Shown one piece after another: positions 12,501-27,106 of a stretch of 64,000 nt of DNA. The stretch comes from the human T2T-CHM13v2.0 reference genome, Homo sapiens, in the NCBI RefSeq assembly GCF_009914755.1, contig NC_060930.1. The stretch is one strand, 5' to 3'. How positions within the stretch are numbered: the stretch's first letter is position 1; every line of letters begins with the position of its first letter. The notes under the pieces are model-generated. The model was not told the DNA's origin and searched no databases. It was given only the letters and a program-made list of their open reading frames with translations. The position numbers were made by a program, and so were the translations under genes.

Positions 12501-15047
12501 GTTAATCTCTTTTGGCAACACCCTCACAGACACACCCAGGATCAATACTTTGCATCCTTCAATCCAATCAAGTTGACACTCAGTATTAACAATCACAGGC
12601 AGAATGGATAAGAATGCACCAACCAAGTATCTGCTGCCTTCAAGAGACTCACCTAACACATAAGGAGTCACAAAACTTAGGGTAAAGGGGTGGAAAAGGA
12701 TGGTCCATGCAAATGTAAGCAGGAGTGACTATTCTTATATCAGACAAAACAAACTTTAAAGCAACAGCAGTTAAAAAAGACAAATAGGGACATTATATAA
12801 TGATAAAAGGACTTGTCCAACAGGAAAATATCACAATCCTAAATATATATGCATCTAACATTAGAGCTCCCAAATTTATAAAACAATTACTACTAGGCCT
12901 AAGAAATGAGATAGACAGCAACATAATATTAGCAGGGGACTTTAGTACTCCACTGACAGCACTAGGTATGTCATTAAGAGAAAGTCAGCAAAGAAACAAT
13001 AGATTTAAACCATACCCTAGAACAAATGGATTTAACAGATATTTACAGAATATTCTACCCAATGTACATTCTATTCATCAGTACATAGAACATTCTCCAA
13101 GATAGACCAAATGATGGGCCACAAGACAAGTCTTGATAGATTTAAGAAAACTGAAATTATATCAAGTGATCTCTCAGACCACAGTGGAATAAAACTCAAA
13201 ATATCTCCAAAATGAACCCTCAAAACCATGAAAATACATGGAAATTAAATAACCTGTACCTGAATGATCATTGGATCAACAATGAAATCAAGAAGGAAAT
13301 TAAAAATAATTTGAACTGAATGATAATAGTGACACAACCCATTAAAACATCTGGGATACAGTAAAGGCAGTGCTAAGAGGAAAGTTCATAGCCTTAAATG
13401 CCTTCATCAAAAAGTCTGAAAGAGCACAAACAGACAATCTAAGGTCACACCTCAGAGAACTAGAGAAACAAGAATAAACCAAACCTAAACCCATCAGAAG
13501 AAAAGAAAAAGAATAGAGCAGAACTAAATGAAATTGAAACAAAAAAAACAAAAGATGAATAAAACAAAAAGCTAGTTCTTTGAAAAGATAAATAAAATTG
13601 CTAGATCATTAGCAAGATTAACCAAGAAGAGAAGAGAGAAGATCCAAATAAGCTCAATTAGAAATGAAACCGGAGTTATTACAACCAATACTACAGAAAT
13701 ACAAAAGATCATTCAAGACTACTATGAACATCTTTACATGCATAAAGTAGAAAACCTAGAGGAGATGGGTAGATTTCTGGAAATATACAACCCTCCTAGA
13801 TTAAACCAGGAAGAAATAGAAACTGAACAGACAAATAACAAACAGCAAGTTTGAAATGATAATAAAAAAATTTCCAACAAAAAAAGTCCAGGACCAGATG
13901 GATTCACAGCTGAATCCTATCAGACATTCAAAGAAAGAATTGGTACCAATTCTATTGACATTATTCCACAAGGTAGAGAAAGAAGGAATCCTGCCTAAAT
14001 CATCCTATGAAGCCAGTATCACCCTAATACCAAAATCAGCTAGGGACATAACAATAAAAGAAAATTACAGACCAATATCTCTGATGAATGTAGATGGAAA
14101 ATTCCTTAACAAAATACTAGCTAACTGAACCCAACGGCATAGCAAAAAGATAATTTACCATGATCAAGTGGGTTTCATACCAAGTATGCAGGGGTGATTT
14201 AACATATACAATTTAATAAATGTAAGACACCACACAAACAGAATTATAAACAAAAATTATACTATCATTTCAATAGATGGAGAAAAAGCATTTGACAAAA
14301 TTCAGCATCCCTTGTGATTAAAACCCTCCACAAAACTGGCACAGAAGGGACATAATGTAATAAAAGCCATCTATGACAAAGCCACAGCCAATATTACACT
14401 GAAAGGGAAAAGTTTAAAGCATTCCCCCTGAGAACTGGAACAAGACAAGGATGCCCACTGTCACCACTTCTATTCAATACAGTATTGGAAGTCCTAGCTA
14501 GACTGTTCAGACAAGAGGAAGAAATAAAGGGCATCCAAATCAGTAAGGAGGAAGTCAAACTCTCTCTGTTTGCTGATGATACGATTGTATATGTAGAAAA
14601 CCCTAAGACTCCTTCAGAAAGCCCCTAGAACTGATAAATGAATTCAGTAAAGTTTCAGGATACAAAATTAATGTACACAAGTCAGTTGCTGTACTATACA
14701 ACAACAGCAGCCAAGCTGAAAACAAATAAAAAACTCAACCCCTTTTACAGTAGCTGTAAAAAAATAAAATACTTAGGAACGGAAAACCAAACATCATATG
14801 TTCTCACTCATAAGTGGGAGCTAAGCTATGAGAATGCAAAAGCATAAGAATAATACAGTGGACTTTGGGGACTTGAGGGAAAGTGTGGGAAGGGGTGAGA
14901 AATAAAAGACTATACACTGGGTACAGTGTACACTGCTTGAGTGATGGGTGAACCAAAATCTCAGAAATCACCACTAAAGAACTTAATTCATGTAACCAAA
15001 CACCATCTGTTCCCCAAAAACCTATTAAAATAAAAAAAAATTTAAAG
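9560..15047 (+). mobile_element. L1PB1-type LINE with L1PBa-type 5' UTR; decayed ORF1 (~11018-11980) and ORF2 (~12090-14824) with a large internal ORF2 deletion
   Basis: 5' UTR ATGGCAGATAGGAGGGAGGACTAAATTGCAGCTCCC. ORF-track pieces 12800-13105 (endonuclease, GDFSTPL) and 13856-14128 (ENYRPISLMN). FADD codons near 14570. L1PB1-type 3' UTR and A tail. Confidence 0.92.
12175..12597 (-). mobile_element. MLT2A (HERVL/ERVL) solo LTR inserted in the L1 ORF2 endonuclease region
   Basis: Reverse complement begins TGTGATTGTTAATACTGAGTGTCAACTTGATTGGATTGAAGGATGCAAAG. Perfect 5-bp TSD GGCAG at 12170-12174 and 12598-12602. Confidence 0.92.
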
Positions 15048-15385
15048 AACACATATTTTGTATATGTATTTTATACTGTAATTTTATAATAAAGTAAACT
15101 AGAGAAAAGACAATCATAAGGAAGAGAAAATATTTACTATTCATTGCATGGAAGTGGATCATCATAAAAGTCTTCACTGTCATTGTCTTCACGTTAAGTA
15201 GGCTGAGGAAGAGGAAGAAGAGGATGGGTTGGTCTTGCTGTCTTAGGGATGGCAGAGGCAGAAGTGGAGGAAGTGGAATGGAAAGCAGGAAAGGCAGGCA
15301 CAATCAATGTGATTTTCATTAAAAAAAAAATCCACATATAAGTGTTCCTGTGCAGTTTAAACCTATGTTGTTCAAGGGTCAACTG
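15048..15385. mobile_element. Tigger2a-type DNA transposon, right part
   Basis: Resumes AACACATATTTTGTAT...GAAGTGGATCATCATAAA and ends TTGTTCAAGGGTCAACTG + TA, the inverted partner of the TIR at 9411. Confidence 0.88.
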
Positions 15386-16435
15386 TAGTAGTAATTTTTA
15401 ACCAGTGTTAAGAAATCACTGTCCAATGAAGTATACTCCCTCTTTTGTGTCCTTAAGTGGCATTCTGAGATGAATTCTGAATTTCTTACTGGAATCTCAA
15501 TGGAAATTGCACAAATATACGTTAGTTTTATTCCAAGCATGTTTTGCACTTAGTGAAGTGGTCTTTAAGTATAGAGCTCTAATTTATTAATTTCTACTGA
15601 GTAGTAGTTTTCTTTCCTCAAACAAGCTCAAGCTCTGAAAAATGCAGACAGCCTGCTTTGGAGGTGTGAAAGAGACTGTGATGCTGTAGCTCCCTGCTTC
15701 TACTACTAAGTAAAATATTTTGCTTTGTGGCCATAATCCCTCTAAGCTACATTTTCTATGGTATAATGAGCCTTCTCCAAGAACAGTCTTCTCTGAGAAA
15801 CGTAGTGAAGAAAGGGTTGTTTCACATTTATTTTCTTGAAAAAAAATTCAGTGTCTTTTTGGACTAAAAATTTATCTTTTTCTGGTAGTGCTGACAATTT
15901 TTGTATAATCATTAAATATTCCTTCAACAACTAAAACTTAAAGACACTGTTATAGTATTATGCCTTCAATAACTTTCTAACATAGAGTAGTCCAATGGCC
16001 TTTAAATGCCAGTTGATGAATGCAATTGGCTGTCTGTGATGATATTTTTACCAAAATGAAAACCAAACAAAATAAACAGAAAAACAATGGCATTGTAAAG
16101 TTGCCAACTGTCCTTTCTTGGGACGCTCTTAGGAAATAATTCTAAGAGTTAAGTTCTTTCCAATTTTTACAGCAACCATACATAATACTTCCTTTATAAT
16201 TTATGCCATGTTTAATTTTCAAAAGAATTAGAAAACTCTAGTCCTTTAATTTATTTTAAAAATGTAGCTGGTCCATCATATACAAAAGACTGTGAACCAA
16301 ATATTTAGTCCACGTATGATCTCATGAAGAGCAGAGTATGAAGGGGCTTAGAAATACATAGAACAAGCGAAGAGAGGAGCAGTTCTGTTCCATTCAGATA
16401 CTGATAAAAATCCATTTATGCCCATTTATGCTAGG

Positions 16436-16557
16436 AAAATTTGGCTCAATGTTTTCAGATACATTGATTACAATACAATATTTTACAAATTATATTAAAG
16501 CCATATATATAATGTATATAATGTAATCAATGTATCTAAAAACATGAACCAAATTTT
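16436..16557. repeat. Imperfect inverted repeat, ~36-bp arms and 49-bp AT-rich spacer
   Basis: 16436-16472 AAAATTTGGCTCAATGTTTTCAGATACATTGATTACA vs the reverse complement of 16522-16557 AAAATTTGGTTCATGTTTTTAGATACATTGATTACA. Confidence 0.9.
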
Positions 16558-17423
16558 GTTTTGTTTTTCATTTCACTATGTTCTGGTAAAAACATCATAT
16601 CAAAAATTTATATGGCTTCAATATAATTTGTTGTTATATTTCATATAAGTCCTCTAGGTGAGTAGTAGAAAAATTATTCTTCGGTAACTAACTTTAAAAA
16701 TCATCTGTTTTCTTTACATGGAAACCCGATGTTTCCTTTTTGACCATGTGTTTACTGTCATATTGGTGATGGATCTAATACTTAGAAGGGCAAAATGTCA
16801 TAGGCAGATCCTATGAAGGGGCAATCTCCTACAGTATTTCAAAAAGTCTTTCTGAGTAATTTTTTTCCCTTGGTTGTTTAGATATCTATGTAGACTTCTA
16901 GCAAAAAGATCTACTAAATATTTTTACAGAATATACCTATAATCACAGAATTAGCTTAGATTAAGGGTTAAGTCATACAGAACTTTTAAAAAATAGATTT
17001 TATTTAAGCCAGAATAAGAATTCAAAATAATCATGAAAGAAATTTTGTGCCTGGGTGACCACAGGGATATGTGATTTTTTATTATTTGCTTTTGGTATAG
17101 CATGTATAAAGTCAAAACAAACTTGAGGAAAAAAAGCGACATTCTGAAGTTCAAAAATTTTACTATGTTCTACAAATCTTTTATTATTAACAATAATAGA
17201 TCATTCAATAGTTAATAGAAAATTGTTTTTCTTATATTCAAAAAGTTCAGATTACATTATATCTTACCAAATAAAAAAGAGTTTTGTGGTGAGGTGATTT
17301 CAGCATAGATAGCAAACAAAGAAAACAACAGTTTTGAACCTAAATGTCTAATCACAGAGTACTATTTAGAAAAACTCTGGTAGGTATATTTTATGGCATG
17401 CAGGGACATAGCTATGAGGGACA

Positions 17424-17645
17424 GAGCAGCTTAGAGGTAAAAATACAGACTCTGGAACCAGACTGCTTGGGTTTGTGTGCCTGCTCTGTCCCTTACTCCC
17501 TGTGTAAAAATGGGCAGGTCAATTAACTAACTTCTATGTGCCTGTTTGTCTTTTTAATCTGGAAAATTGAGATAATAGCATGGCTGTGAACATTAACTGT
17601 TAATATATGTAAAATGTTTCAAATGGTAACTGACATATGATGAAA
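17424..17645 (+). mobile_element. MIR SINE
   Basis: CAGACTCTGGAACCAGACTGCTTGGGTTTG...TGGGCAGGTCAATTAAC...ATCTGGAAAATTGAGATAATAG. Confidence 0.75.
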
Positions 17646-19369
17646 GTATAAGCTTTTACTTTTTGAAATAAAAATTTTAAATGTTATACAAAACATTAAT
17701 AAATTACATAGTATACAATGTTAGGCAATAAAAACAGGGTACATAATTAGATATGATATATGATTGAATTGGCTTTTCAAATAGGTTTAAAACAATCCCC
17801 ATATAGAAAATGAATGTCTACCGGAAAAATTATAGCTTAATAAGAATTTATATTACAGCCTAAATTAGTGTTTGTTTTGCTCAGTAGATTCAATATTCAC
17901 AACGCCAACTTCCGATTTGCAAGTAGCCAAAAATGTTTCTTTTTCCCCTTTAAAAGTGAACTCCACAGCTTTGCAGAGGCCCTGGGCTTGGCTGGGGCGA
18001 GGATCTCTCAGTGACTCTCTACAGGCCCACCCCTTGCAGCTGGCTCAATTCTGATGTGACTTGGACATTCTGGCCTCTAGAGAAAAATCAAAACTACAAA
18101 TTTTAAATTGGAAAAAAGCCAAAGGTCAAATGTATCCCTTGATCTACTTCTGCTATTCTTTTCAATTTTTTCACCGTTTCTATTATTATGCCAACAATGA
18201 ACTCTCATTGAGCACAGCTGCTTGAGAGTTCTAAAAGAAGCTTGTCTTTTTTTTTAATCATCTCGCTATGGATCAGAAATATAAAAATACACAATCACTT
18301 CCCTTGTTAAAATCCTACTATCCACAGGGATTGAAAATACGGTCTTCACCCCTAAATTTACAGTCGCTTTCATAAGCAGGTTCAATTATTATTAAAGAAT
18401 ATAAATTCAGGTTCACTTCCATTTATCACATATATTGGGATTGGTTTGTTGTTTTTAGAGTAACGTGCACATTTATCTAATGTTGAGTCAAATTAATGAC
18501 TATTTTATCATTACCAAACTGCTTTTTATCCAGTAAAATATGAAAGCTGGAATAGGGTCAATTTGTTTGGAGGTAAGAGGAAGATCAGTTACTTAAGTTT
18601 TCTGTATTTTTTCAACTATGTGTTTTTTTTGTGTGTGATGCAAAAGAATTCTAAGAAAACATTTCCCCCAATACGGAAGCTATAAAATATTTTTTTATGA
18701 GACAGTAAGTACATGTACAACACATGTAAACTGTTGGTCGCATATGGTAAACAGATTAACTGCTAACCTAATATTAAGAGAGAATTATGGTCCAATTTCT
18801 CAAAAGCAGGTTTAATTTTTTTACCTCTCTATAAGTTTGCTACTAAAGGGATAAAAATAAAACTAGTTATATTGGAATTTTTGTCTATAAATTTACAATA
18901 AAACTTTATAAGGGGTATTTTTTTTGCCTATGAAAATATCTATGAAAAGATTATCATGGTAACAATTTCTTTCATAACTTTCCTCACCATATTAGCTTTG
19001 CTTGGTCAGGTAAACAAAAAATTTACTTATTATTAGTATGATAGTAGTATTCTAGAAAATATTCTGTTGCTACTTTTTATATTCACTTAGCAGTCATAAT
19101 GGAGTTAAACTCATAATAAATAAATTATATCCTTTAGGAGCTACTGTGTTGAGCCTTTTATAAAGCTTTTCTAAAACATAGCTAATATTCAGTGAAACAA
19201 ATACTTTTAATCATCTGCCGTCTATAATTCCCTTGGTACAGGATGACACAGAAATAGGCATTCTAATATTGGAGAAAAGCCACAGAAACCAGAAGGTTGA
19301 CGTAGCTCTGAAATCAAAGGTGCTATGTGGTGCTGGGTAGAAGAAAGGGTGATGAGAAGTCATGCTGAC

Positions 19370-19630
19370 AAGAAAGATTGAATCTTGATTTTGAAGGGCC
19401 TGTGCGGTTTGGGGAGAAGACTGGAAGCAATGAATGGTTTTGAGCAGCAGAGTAGCAGTCAAGTTTACATTCACGAAACATCTCTGGAAGCATGTCTAGA
19501 AGAATATTAGCAGACCATCTAGGTAATGTGAGGCTTTTACAATGATTCTAGCAAGAAATAACAAAAAGAGGCGGTCGTAGAAGCAGTGGTAGAGAAGATA
19601 GAAAGGAAGAGATCGATTCAAAATTTAGTT
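19370..19630 (-). mobile_element. L2 fragment
   Basis: Purine-rich L2 antisense motifs: GGTTTTGAGCAG, GAGGCTTTTACAATGATTCTAGCAAGAAATAA, GCAGTGGTAG. Confidence 0.5.
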
Positions 19631-20916
19631 TTGATAATTTCATTCCATCTCTTCATATTTTTCCTTGCCCCATCTCAATCAAGGAGTTTTACTAAAGCGT
19701 AATACTTCACTGAAAGTTAACCAAATAAATATATGGTGTTTGAGGGAGTAAAAGGTATGAGGAAGAGAGAAGACATATTTTCTAACATCACGAGTAATAA
19801 ATTTGATGGAAATACTCTCCCTTTCATGCACAAGAGCGTGACAGTTGACCCGTACCTAAGTAATTAATAAAGATGCTAGAGGGGAAGACATGACATGCTT
19901 GAGAAATTCAGTTGGATACATCAATGCCTACCGGTGCGTTTTCCCTCTAGGATGACACAGACCTTTCCCACAAAAATCCTCTTGTACATTCAAGACAAGC
20001 TTAACCTTGTCTTGTTCCTGTCCTCTCCATTTCAGAGACATTTGCTAAGTGGCACAGGGCTAGAAATTTAACAAAGATGATATATTTTGAATGTTTCCTA
20101 TGTTCAGTCCCCTTTGGACAATCAGGCTAATTATAATTATGGATTCCTCATCCCTGCTATAGTGTTACAGAAGGAAATTCGATTAGGTGGACAGGTTTAT
20201 TTTTGGATTTTTCTCAATTCCCAGAGATCTTTGAGGCACTAGCAAATTGATTTTTAAAAGATGTTTAATATAGCCGGTACAAAATTACATGGTTCATAGA
20301 GTTGTTCTTTTCCTCTTTTACTTAGAAATAACTGTATAGTTTCCCAGAGAGCATCTTGCTCTAACATAGGGATAACTGAAATTTCCGTCTCCACCTATTT
20401 GCTTTCTCTCTGTTTCTCCATCCACCCCACGCTAAGGCATGTGTTTCTGAGTTGGCAGTTGTTTTGCTAGGTCTCCCTGGGGCACCCAGGAGACTCCTCA
20501 GAGCATGCTACAACCAAGCACACAGAACTGCTGCTAGGTTATTTTAAAAGGCCTGCCTCCTCCCTTGGGCTGGGGGAGCTGGAGCAGGGTTGTATCACCC
20601 GGCTGACAGATAAATATAAAGTAAAACCTCAGATGCTTTTCTGTGGTGATCTGGGTGAGCACCAGCCTGTGGGAGCAGTAATTTGTGACACTCTTCTCTG
20701 AATCTAGCTCTCTTCTAGAGGTTACCTTTTTATGCTGAAGCCCGCAGTGAATTTACTCCCTTGATATACAGATTTCCAATTTGCAAACACATTTAGTTAA
20801 GAGTGAATTTGCCATGGATAGTGTTTGTTCTCTGTTGGGGTCCTAAATGTGACACTTAATAATCAGCATAGGTTACTAAAAGACCTCAGGTTAGAGCTTT
20901 TTAAAAACTGTATTGT

Positions 20917-21235
<319 letters not shown>

Positions 21236-21599
21236 TTAATCAAAATAGATTTTTGCAAATCAATGAATTTAAACCAGATCAATAGTTATTTAGAATCATT
21301 TTTTCTCTTTCTTTTAATAGAATTTAAACTTGCTAAGTTACAGTCTGATGCTAATATGTCAAAGAAATAGAATTTTATGAGAAAAATCCCCTAAAAATGA
21401 GAAGAAATATTTAGAAGCAATAGATAAAAGTAGTAGTGACAATTAAACAAACAAATATCTTAGTCCATGGTCAAATGTTTCAGTTAAGTTCTAACAGAAC
21501 CCAAACCTGGGAAAAGGCAGTCCCCACCCTGGCCCCTGCATTTCAGAGAGCCCAGCATTTCACAAACACAGAAATTCATAGAATAGAAAACACATTAAC

Positions 21600-22060
21600 T
21601 GTCTGTCACTTGGGATCTGGCACTTGTGACCTGTGATCCTAAATGTCTACTCTTTTGACGAACATCATTTAGGCCCAAGAAAATAGATGCCTCTCCTATA
21701 TCTTTTGCCCCATGACACTGAAATGAAAGATGACTCCATGACAATGATAAAATGCACAAAAAGATGATCTTCTCATAATACTTCCTGACTTCTGTGTGAA
21801 CAAGTCTAGGATGGCCTGCTGGAGGACGAGCAGCCAGCTTGAACGGAAGTGAATCATCTCTGTTAGGGTCATCCCAAGCCAGCCAACCCTCAGTTGCCCG
21901 GAAGCTGCCCACTTCTGGAGAGCTAAGCCAAGGCAAGAACTGCTGAGATGATCCCAGACCAAATCGTAAATGTTAAGAATTGTGAACTAAACAGATGGTT
22001 ATTGTTTCTTGATCACTAAGTTTTAGGAAGGTTTTTGTACAGCAAACATTAACTGATACA
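21600..22060 (+). mobile_element. MLT1-type MaLR LTR (MLT1G/H-like); 5' boundary approximate
   Basis: 3' end AGAATTGTGAACTAAAC...CACTAAGTTTTAGG...CAGCAAACATTAACTGATACA. Confidence 0.65.
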
Positions 22061-22061
22061 T

Positions 22062-22780
22062 TGGTATAGAGAAATATGATTGATTTTTGTTTATTGACCT
22101 TATATACAATATAATGATTAATAATTATTATCGTAATTTGTCTGTAGGTTCTTTTGATTTACTATAATCACCAAAATTTTATGTATGAATAATGACAGCT
22201 TTACTTATTTTCAATACTTGAATCTTTTATTTTTCTTATTTTATTGTAGTTGCTTGACTCTCTGGTACAACATTGAAGAAATATGGTAATCTTTGTCTCA
22301 TTCCTAATCTCAGGAGGGAGAGTTTACAATAAATCTCCTTTAGGTATGAGGCTTCAAAGCACCTTTAGCATTCAACAAACCTCTTGAGGGAGATAGAGTC
22401 TGTGCGTTTGAAGTGCTTCAATTCTCTTCTTTCGTTCTCTCTCTCTCTCTCAGCACTGCAAAACCAGAAGACCATCAAAAAGTCTCCCAATTTTGCTATA
22501 CCCCAGTGGGACCCTCTGTCTAAACCAAACTTCCATTGCCAGCTTTCCCTGTATCAAACCAGTAAGTGCTCTAGGGAAAAAGCGGCTAAACATATGTTAG
22601 CTGCCTCTCCAGGATTCCTTCCCTTCTGGAATTTTAGCCTCTCTAGTCCTCGTTGCTTCCATAGCTGTCTGATACCTTTAAATAGAAGCCCTGTGTGTTT
22701 ATCTGGCTTGTCTATTTTTCTTAATTAGAGCTTTGATCTATCTGACACAAACTATACCATCCTTCTCAGAAACTTAAGTG
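22062..22780 (-). mobile_element. Old L1M (L1ME/L1MC-type) fragments: ORF2 piece plus 5'-region piece
   Basis: TGGTATAGAGAAATATGATTGATTTTTGTTTATTGACCTT...TCTTTGTCTCATTCCTAATCTCAGG is antisense L1 RT region; a pyrimidine-rich L1M 5'-like segment follows. Confidence 0.55.
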
Positions 22781-23306
22781 ATTTAGTCTGATATTTGTAA
22801 TAGTTGCACACAAAAACTAAGGAATATTTTGCATAATCAAAAAATTCATATTGCAATTAAATTTGCATATGTGCAACTCTCTTAAAGCATTAACTAGATT
22901 GCTACAATTGCATTACTCTTCACATTATAGTAGAAACTAATTCATGCTTTTAGAGACTGAACATTATGATATTAGTAACAGTAAATTATGTGAAGAAATT
23001 AAAATGTTTTGCAATGTTTTCTGCATAAGGACAATATATTGTGTGTCCCCATTATGAAGTTTGAAAGTGATATGTAAAATTCATGATATATTTTTTAATC
23101 TAACTATAACTTTAAGAGTTTAATTGCAATTTCAGTTACTATTGCCTCCACAGAATTTCTTAAAAATGAAATTAATAAAAATCTGTCCAATAACTAGAAT
23201 GACTCAAAAAAGTTGTTTAATTTGTCATTTAAGCCACATTAAAATCATAACCTTGTGTGTATTTTTCAGTTTTGTAAATTTGAAGATACAGTTTATTCAA
23301 GGCAGG

Positions 23307-23995
<689 letters not shown>

Positions 23996-24189
23996 TAGGA
24001 AAATAAAGTATAACTTACCTGGAGGCATTAGTTCAATTTCTAATTTGTGTATATTTAGTAATATGGTATGTATGCAGACCTTCATTTTTATTCTTGCTCC
24101 AGGTCATGAAAATAATGGAGTCACGCCCGCTATTTTGAAATGTTATTTTATCTTTTTTGTCAAAATTTACTGTTATTTCACTGTATCCT

Positions 24190-24737
24190 CTGTGTCAGTT
24201 AGGGTTCAATCATAGGAGCAAGTTCACTATGAATACTATGGAATTAAAAAATTATTATACAAAATAAGCCCTATACCATTGTTGAAGGATCTAAAAAATA
24301 AAGGTCTGAAAAGAATCAGAAGGAAAATCTCTAATCCTATTGTTGATGAATGACTTGCAGCTTGCAGGAAGCTAGGAAGCTAGGCTGTCTGGGTGCTGGA
24401 GTAGAACTGGTGCAGAAGTCCATGAGAGTTGCTGGCTCTGCACAACTCAGTAAAGCAACTTTTGTTGGCCTGAGTGTGCTTATGTGTATATTCAGTAGGA
24501 TTGACAGTCAGGAAGGAGAGATGCACATGGAGAAACGAAGTGAAGACATGCTCTCATCTGCCAAGCAATCTGAAACCATGTCATCTCTTATAGTGCAGTG
24601 GCTGCTTTTTTACATCTGCTTCCCATATCACATGCAAATTTTTGTGTGTGGCTGATCTTAACCCAAATTTTTCAGGTAAAGAAACTCTAGGCTATTTAGT
24701 TTGTTTAGTTAGGGTAACACATTCTAGTCTATCACCC
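24190..24737 (-). mobile_element. ERVL solo LTR (LTR33-like)
   Basis: TGTGTCAGTTAGGGTTCAATC...GGAGCAAG at one end and GGCTGATCTTAACCC...AAACTCTAGG...TAACACA at the other. Confidence 0.5.
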
Positions 24738-25844
24738 TATAGGGTGGGTTAAAAAATTAGAATTGGGAACACTGAGGTGCAGAAAGATTATGTGATTTTT
24801 ATCAAGTACATCATGCAAAAGCTATGTGGTTTTTTAAGAACTTTTGTCGTCTGCTTCTTAGATCAGTTTGCTCAGCGTCTTGCTGGCTGATGTGCTTATT
24901 TCCTACTCTACTCTGTGTTTTTCCTTTGAATTTGGGACCATATTTGGACAAAGAAGGATATTTGTCCAGTGGAAATGTCTGAACTTTCATAGAAATTACA
25001 CAGCATGGGATGTTGAAGAATTGGAGCAGCCAACTTAAATTGAGGATAACCATTCACTGAGGAAGTTATGGTGCTGCCACTGCCATCATTAACCACAGCA
25101 AGCATTTCCTGAGCTCTGTAAGACAAGAACATAGAGGAGAAATGACTTTTCCATCAGCCAGGATTGTCCCTTGCTTTTTAATTTATAACTTCATGCTCTG
25201 TCCTCTTCTCATCAAGTGTCTCTGCATTTGCTGAAAATGTCAGGAAGATGTGATCCAGAGTTTTATATTTTATAGAGCAGAAATATTAATGTTTTATGTC
25301 TTGAGTCCTGTATCTGCCAAGTAACTTCTCTACTGCAGTGCTTGCTTAGCTCCTGTCATCAGCTGAAGTATTGTTGTGGTATTTACTGTTATTTTCTATG
25401 ACAAGGTAATACTAAACAGGAATCTATTTCTACATTGTTTTGTTCTGCAATCTTCCTGCACAAGCCAAATAACTACCTTATTAGAACTCATGGGATTTCC
25501 AGACTAAAATGTCTCTTAACTGGCAGTCAAATCAGAGTGATGGGAGATGGTGTTTGCATGGTGGAGCACACTCTGACGTCCTAAGCACACCTAAAAATGC
25601 AAAATGCAAATAGTGGTGCAGGAAGAATTCTTGGGAATATTCCAGCATCAAGTCAAATTTATGTTTCATAGACAAAGTGCCAGGACAGCAAGAAAATATA
25701 GACATTGTCTTAAGTGTGTATGAAAAACTTAAAGTTTTCTAAAGTTCTAAAGAGAGTAGAATTTCAAATACTTTCTTCACTGTACTTCACTGTGTCTCTT
25801 TAGTTTGGTAAGCTGCATTTATCTTGTAATTTTATAAAGTGTTT

Positions 25845-26000
25845 TATTTACAAAGCACTTTCCTGTAAAAATTATATTTACTTTTTATAACAACCCTATA
25901 AGGTCAATATTAATATTTTCATTTTCAAATAGGAGAAATAGAGGCTCAAAAGATCAATGAGTTGTCCAAAATCACACAGTGTGAGTGGACAAGGTGGGTC
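25845..26000 (-). mobile_element. MIR SINE
   Basis: TACAAAGCACTTT...ACAACCCTATAAGG...CATTTTCAAATAGGAGAAATAGAGGCTCA...TTGTCCAAAATCACACAG. Confidence 0.75.
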
Positions 26001-26180
26001 CCTCAAATGTTTTTTGCAATGTTATGAACCTACTCCTACACATAGCACAAAACAGATGAACAATATGCTATTCACTGGCAATATTCTTTTTAAAAAAATA
26101 TTAAAGACTTTCATGTGAATTTAACTCACACTCAAGTCTCTCTCTTAAAACCTTCACATTCAGTGACTCTTGACTTATCC

Positions 26181-26476
26181 TTTTTTTTTTTTTTTTTGAG
26201 ACGGAGTCTTGTTCTGTCTCCCAGGCTGGAGTGCAGTGGTGTGATCTCAGCTGACTGCAACCTCTGCATCTCGCATTCAAGCGATTCTCATGCCTCAGCC
26301 TCCCTGAGTAGCTGAGATTACAGGCACACGCCACCACGCCTGGCTAATTTTTGTATTGTTAATAGAGACAGGGTTTTGCCATGTTGGCCAGGCTGGTTTC
26401 AAACTCCTGACCTCAGGTGATCCCCCCAGCCTCCGAAATTGCTGGGATTACAGGCATGAGCCACTGCGCTCTGCGC
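26181..26476 (-). mobile_element. AluSx-like
   Basis: Poly-T plus antisense dimer. TSD GACTCTTGACTTATC (26165-26179) / GACTCTTGATTTATC (26477-26491). Confidence 0.95.
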
Positions 26477-26724
26477 GACTCTTGATTTATCTTTTTTCTT
26501 TCTTATCTAAGTTCAACACAGAGCCCACACTCCCTGTTCCTATTCACCTTCATTCATTTCTAAATACTTAGCAACCTGGTTCCTGTAGCCATCATATCTC
26601 ATAAAATCAACATGTACCTCCTAGTTATTAAATAAAATGCATTTAGGGATTTTTTTTCTGGGATTTTAATATTTCTATTGAATTAGCTCTTTTATTATAA
26701 AATGCTATTCTCTATCTTAAGTAA

Positions 26725-27106
<382 letters not shown>

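Noticed and set aside
22800-22880. Octamer ATTTGCAT and a 9-bp inverted repeat
   Set aside because: Expected by chance in very AT-rich DNA; no further support.
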